Origin: Gammaproteobacteria bacterium
GTDB lineage: Bacteria > Pseudomonadota > Gammaproteobacteria > SZUA-229
Assembly (NCBI GenBank): GCA_029881795.1
Contig: JAOULX010000015.1
Location: forward strand, 1,810 to 65,809
DNA: 64,000 bases
Direction of reading: 5' to 3'
This document shows positions 59,815 to 64,000 of this stretch, piece after piece (position 1 is the first letter of the stretch; every line of letters begins with the position of its first letter). The translations under genes and the position numbers were made by a program. The notes beneath the pieces were generated by a model, which had not been told where the DNA came from, did not search any database, and saw only the letters and a list, made by a program, of their open reading frames with translations.

Positions 59815-61158
59815 ATGGATACCAAATCAATAACAATCAGTAGCGGTAAAGGCGGTGTTGGCAAAAGCTGTAGCAGCGTCAATCTCGCCATCTTACTGGC
59901 CCAGCACGGCTATGAAACCTGTCTGCTGGATGCCGATGCAAATCTGGCCAATATCAATATCATGCTTAAACTGGTTCCAGAGTTTACTCTGGAACAGGTT
60001 ATTTCCGGTGAGAAAACCCTCTCTGAAATTACACTCTATAAAGAAGGTATAGAAATTATACCGGGCTATTCCGGTCTTAGTGACTTTGTCTCTCTTTCCA
60101 AGGATCAACGCCAGCGCCTGATACAGGCGTTGCAGCAGCTTAAATCAAAATATGATTACCTGCTAATCGATAATCCGGCCGGAATCAGTCAAACCGTGCT
60201 TTCCTTTATCAAATTTAGCACTAACAATATCATCGTCATCACCCCTGAGCCGACCTCGTTAACTGATGCCTTTTCACTTATCCGGGTCGCCAGTAAGTCT
60301 ACCGGCCAGAAACATTTTCAGATATTACTTAATCAGGTTACAAACCGGCAACAAGCCGACTCGGTCTTTAAGCGCTTTTCAATGGCAGTGGAAAAACACA
60401 TTGGCCTGACAGTCAGTTATCTCGGTCACATCATATCGGATGACCTGGTCACAGCCTCTATCTGCATGCAAAACCCGGTCGTACTTGAACACCCAGGCTC
60501 TGCCGCGGCCTATTGTTTTGAAGAAATTTGTAAAAAATTACTGTCATTGCCAGGCCACAACAATTCCCAGTCAATATCTGAAACAACATTCGCGCCAGCA
60601 GCCGCCACACCCCAAACTCAGCCGACCACTTCAAGCAGCCTGAACAGAGCTGACACAAGCCGGGAACAGCCACCAACAACTATAGAATCGCTACAAGATG
60701 AGTTGCTGGGATTAATTGCCGATGACAAGCAGTCACAACAGGGCTTAAAACAGGCGCTAATCAGCATTAATGCCGCCTATATAAAACGCTTTGGCGAGAC
60801 AGATCAGGTACTTTCTGGCTTGCTTGAGCACGCTGTTAATACATCCACCGTGGCAGAACCGGCTTTGCGAAACTTGCTAACCAGCCTCTATAGTCAGTAT
60901 CAGGAAAAGTATGGCTCGTTAGCAGAAAACACCGCCACCACAACCGGTCAGAGCGCTTCTGAAAATGCCTTTACCGAAAAGTCTCTCGACCATGTGATCA
61001 AATTACTACAAGATCAAAAGTTATCGCATTTACAACAACTGATTAATCAGAAACAACAGACTCCGCAATTACCACAGCAACACGACAACACAGAAAACAG
61101 CGCACAAGCCGGGTTACGCGATAGCATCAAATACGCCGCGATGACCGACACTGAATAG
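59815..61158 (+). CDS. FlhG/FleN-like MinD-family ATPase with long C-terminal extension
   Basis: SSGKGGVGKS, DADANLAN, IDNPAGI, TPEPTSLTDA; about 200 extra C-terminal residues. Confidence 0.85.
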   Translation: MDTKSITISSGKGGVGKSCSSVNLAILLAQHGYETCLLDADANLANINIMLKLVPEFTLEQVISGEKTLSEITLYKEGIEIIPGYSGLSDFVSLSKDQRQRLIQALQQLKSKYDYLLIDNPAGISQTVLSFIKFSTNNIIVITPEPTSLTDAFSLIRVASKSTGQKHFQILLNQVTNRQQADSVFKRFSMAVEKHIGLTVSYLGHIISDDLVTASICMQNPVVLEHPGSAAAYCFEEICKKLLSLPGHNNSQSISETTFAPAAATPQTQPTTSSSLNRADTSREQPPTTIESLQDELLGLIADDKQSQQGLKQALISINAAYIKRFGETDQVLSGLLEHAVNTSTVAEPALRNLLTSLYSQYQEKYGSLAENTATTTGQSASENAFTEKSLDHVIKLLQDQKLSHLQQLINQKQQTPQLPQQHDNTENSAQAGLRDSIKYAAMTDTE

Positions 61159-61362
61159 CCCTCAGATAACACCTAAACAGCACCGGTTATCCGCCACCCA
61201 GCGCCCCAACCGTCGAACAAATGGTCCCAAGCCCGAAAACAGCTATCGATAAAATTTTCATATCGTTATGATAATAAAAATTGTCTTTACAAGTTTTTTA
61301 ATAATGCTAAATAGTAACTTTAATTAACTGTAAATTATTACTCATATCTGGAGGTGATAATT

Positions 61363-61587
61363 ATGTCTGATGAAGACAATTTTGATGACGATAACGAACT
61401 TGATGACCAGTACGATGACTATGAGTCTGTAGATGACTCACGTGTAGCACGTATGAAAAACTACTCAGCTCGTCGCCGTCTAGAAGCCCTCAGGGAAGAC
61501 CGTGAACTGGAGCGTTCGCTTAACAGCGTCTTTAATGAGTCCTATGACTCATATGAATCTCACGACAGCTATCTAAGCAACCACTAA
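61363..61587 (+). CDS. Small acidic protein, PA3496-like
   Basis: GGAGG SD; acidic N-terminus then ARRRLEALREDRELER. Confidence 0.65.
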   Translation: MSDEDNFDDDNELDDQYDDYESVDDSRVARMKNYSARRRLEALREDRELERSLNSVFNESYDSYESHDSYLSNH

Positions 61588-61595
61588 ATCCTGCC

Positions 61596-61631
61596 ATGAT
61601 CATAGCCAAACAAGCGCGAGGCTATGATCAT
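61596..61631. terminator. 12-bp perfect stem after the small acidic gene
   Basis: atgatcatagcc...ggctatgatcat; no clear U-tract. Confidence 0.45.
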
Positions 61632-62100
61632 CACACCCTTCAATACGCAACAATAAGTCGTTAGCATACAACCCCAGCAGGTTTTACTACGGTAGCTTGA
61701 GCTAATTGAGAAAAATACCCGCCAGAAACAAAAGAGTATCTAAAAATAGACAACTACGATCTAAATACGCAGCTGCCTGAACTACCACAACAGCGCTCAT
61801 CCCTGACCAGATCAGTAATTATGACATCTTCTGAAAAATTACTAGCACCGCCAAGATCGCTCGCAGGTTTGCTTGACAATACGCCCGGCATTGAAAGTCC
61901 TGCATTCAGCCAACCATCTAATTTGGTTTTATTTGTGTTTTATTTGAGTTTTATTTAGCCACCCAACACGCATCCAAAAAATGGACGATGCTCCATAGAA
62001 ATTAGGAATCTGTGTTGAATCGATTTATGATTTAATTTGCAGAACGCTTAACGGATTATATTTATCTAAGACATTTACGCAGAATTATTTACAACACCCA

Positions 62101-62134
62101 CCTCGCCCTTTATGTCATTCAAAAAAGGGCGAGG
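62101..62134 (-). terminator. Hairpin downstream of the lipoprotein gene
   Basis: cctcgcccttt...aaagggcgagg. Confidence 0.55.
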
Positions 62135-62153
62135 GAAATCGCAATAATTGAAA

Positions 62154-62963
62154 CTATTTAGCTTTTGTTTCTTTATTGATTTGCATAGCAACCTTAGTCA
62201 CCGCATCACCAAGACCATCCAAGAAGACGCCTTTACTATCATCAGTCAGACCGACATTGCCAAGAACCAATATCAGATTTTCTGATGATCTACCTGAATA
62301 ACCGTATGTACCAGTATGAACCCGTATCTTACCTGTCTTGTCATATACTGAAACCATTGCAGTTGTAATAGCTGTACCCGCACCATTACCACCCAGTGAC
62401 ATCATACCTGCTTTATATTCCAGCTTTGTTCTAACAAAAGCAAAAGCATCAACATTAAGTTCTGAAGCTAATTTGTTTAGCTGCTCTTTATAGTTTTCAG
62501 GAACCAGCATGGCCGGCATACCTTCTGCATGAACGGTTCCTATTTTCTGCACTTTCATCAGAGTAGCGAATTCTTTTTCATTTAATTCACCCACTGATTT
62601 AACAAAGTCTTTATAGACCGATTTATTCATATACGACTTTGGATCGAGTACTGTCCAGTTCTCAACTCTATCCAGATCTCTGACAATCACATCAACAGAT
62701 TTATTAGCAAAGTCCTGAGCAAAATTGGCAATACTACCTTCATCTTCTTTTTCTTTAGGTTTACTCGATAAAGCGCCAAGCATAGACAGACCAGATGTTA
62801 AACCACCACCGCCATCCAAACTCTTAATGTTTCTGTCAGCTTTTACGCTGATAACCGCTACTTTTTTTATAGAAGCAATACCCGGCTTTTTAACTATGGT
62901 ATTTGCGGAAAAACAACCTGACGTCAGGATTGCCAGGGCCATTACAATTATTAGCTTTTTCAT
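62154..62963 (-). CDS. Hypothetical lipoprotein
   Basis: MKKLIIVMALAILTSGC lipobox; 269 aa. Confidence 0.85.
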   Translation of the reverse strand: MKKLIIVMALAILTSGCFSANTIVKKPGIASIKKVAVISVKADRNIKSLDGGGGLTSGLSMLGALSSKPKEKEDEGSIANFAQDFANKSVDVIVRDLDRVENWTVLDPKSYMNKSVYKDFVKSVGELNEKEFATLMKVQKIGTVHAEGMPAMLVPENYKEQLNKLASELNVDAFAFVRTKLEYKAGMMSLGGNGAGTAITTAMVSVYDKTGKIRVHTGTYGYSGRSSENLILVLGNVGLTDDSKGVFLDGLGDAVTKVAMQINKETKAK

Positions 62964-63336
62964 TTTATTTCGCCTTTTTAGCTCTTAGATTATTTACAAA
63001 GGATGGGCACACAAAAACTTAAACATCGAATAACAATCCTTTGATCAGCAAGAAACCACATGACATGCTTATGATGACAAGTTTTATTACATCTACCCTG
63101 AATATCTTATTTAACTTCTCTATCGTATCGGCAACACCACGCAGTCACAATCCCTTATCCCAGTGGTTGTCATTGAAAACTTACTGTAAGAAAAATAATA
63201 CGTAGACTTTGCAGGTAACTGCAAACAGGCTGCATTAACCCGATCTAAGCAAATATGATTAGTCTTTTTGGTTTATATAAACATAGCAATGGCATCGCCT
63301 ATACTTTAAGCACTACACACTAAAAGGAACTAAAAC

Positions 63337-64000
63337 ATGAACCGTATCTATAAAAGCATGATCGTAAGCCTTGCCATATTACTGGCATCTGGTTGCGCAT
63401 CGGTGAAAATGGTGGAGAAAAACATCGCCAGCAAAATAAGCAGCGTCGCTGTCATCACCGTTGTAGCCCAAGACGCGATGTATGGAACAAACCTCACCAA
63501 CCAGCAGCATTCAACCATTGCAAAAGATCACGTACAAAGCCTGACCAACAAATCGATCTCAATCATCTCCGATGAATTGAATAACATTCGTGGCTGGAAA
63601 GTAAAGCAACCGGATAGCTACGCTGAAACGCCAGCTTACCAGGCATTCAACCAGGCTATTAACAAAATCTGGGAACAGAACAAATATGCAAAGACCGTTA
63701 CACCGTATAACAACACCATGGCAAGACCACCGGTAGGTATTGTCCTGTTTGCCGGAGACAAGATCAAAGCATCCCTCGAAGAATATAAAAAAATCTGCAC
63801 CACTCTTGGTGTCGATGCGGTAGCCATCGCTTCAGTCAGTTACAAATACAAAAAAACCACGCGACTTGTCGGCACCAGCATAGCTGAACCTGTTGTTATA
63901 TTGAGTATTGAGGTAATAGATAAAGACGGCAACACCGCAATAAGACACACCCCGGTTACCGCAGAGAGCCGTGACGCTTTAGCCATCACTACGGTTTTCG
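63337..64000 (+). CDS. Hypothetical lipoprotein, paralogue of 62154-62963 (runs off the window end)
   Basis: Not in the ORF track; hand translation MNRIYKSMIVSLAILLASGCASVK...VAVITVVA...GVDAVAI...IDKDG; AAGGA SD; frame open to 64000. Confidence 0.85.
   Translation, partial: MNRIYKSMIVSLAILLASGCASVKMVEKNIASKISSVAVITVVAQDAMYGTNLTNQQHSTIAKDHVQSLTNKSISIISDELNNIRGWKVKQPDSYAETPAYQAFNQAINKIWEQNKYAKTVTPYNNTMARPPVGIVLFAGDKIKASLEEYKKICTTLGVDAVAIASVSYKYKKTTRLVGTSIAEPVVILSIEVIDKDGNTAIRHTPVTAESRDALAITTVF

Noticed and set aside
63393..63827. Track ORFs 63393-63575 (+) and 63636-63827 (-)
   Set aside because: Both lie within the lipoprotein ORF that starts at 63337 and runs off the window.

Overview
Chromosomal window of a Gram-negative bacterium, most likely a marine sulfur-oxidising gammaproteobacterium (inferred from soeABC, moaA, glcDEF, yaaA, cca, rimO, YfaZ- and PA3496-like genes). 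I saw no rRNA, tRNA, CRISPR array, integrase or transposase. Main blocks: (1) a signalling island at 3.1-18.0 kb with a REC-HD-GYP phosphodiesterase, a multi-receiver hybrid kinase, an orphan ParA and a complete STAS/CheD-type (F8-like) chemosensory operon that has a secreted alpha-carbonic anhydrase gene inserted between cheA and a chemoreceptor; (2) mazG, yfaZ, sulfite dehydrogenase soeABC (with palindromic repeats in the soeB-soeC spacer) and a divergent moaA preceded by an FNR-like box; (3) a heptamer repeat, a truncated nucleotidyltransferase, DUF3025, and a LuxR-alpha/beta-hydrolase fusion whose nucleophile Ser is replaced by Ala; (4) a C2/CO2 region with glcDEF, a delta-class carbonic anhydrase, a DUF4212-ActP-DUF294-exonuclease module and an alanine/serine-glyoxylate aminotransferase; (5) an orphan phage-type i-spanin/o-spanin gene pair next to cca; (6) rimO, a large DUF2339-like membrane protein, an HDOD kinase plus REC-PAS-GGDEF-EAL pair, an extended FlhG-like ATPase and two divergent paralogous lipoproteins. 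The best candidates for undescribed biology are the carbonic-anhydrase-containing chemosensory operon, the orphan spanin pair and the pseudo-hydrolase LuxR regulator. All family calls come from motif recognition by eye, not database searches.
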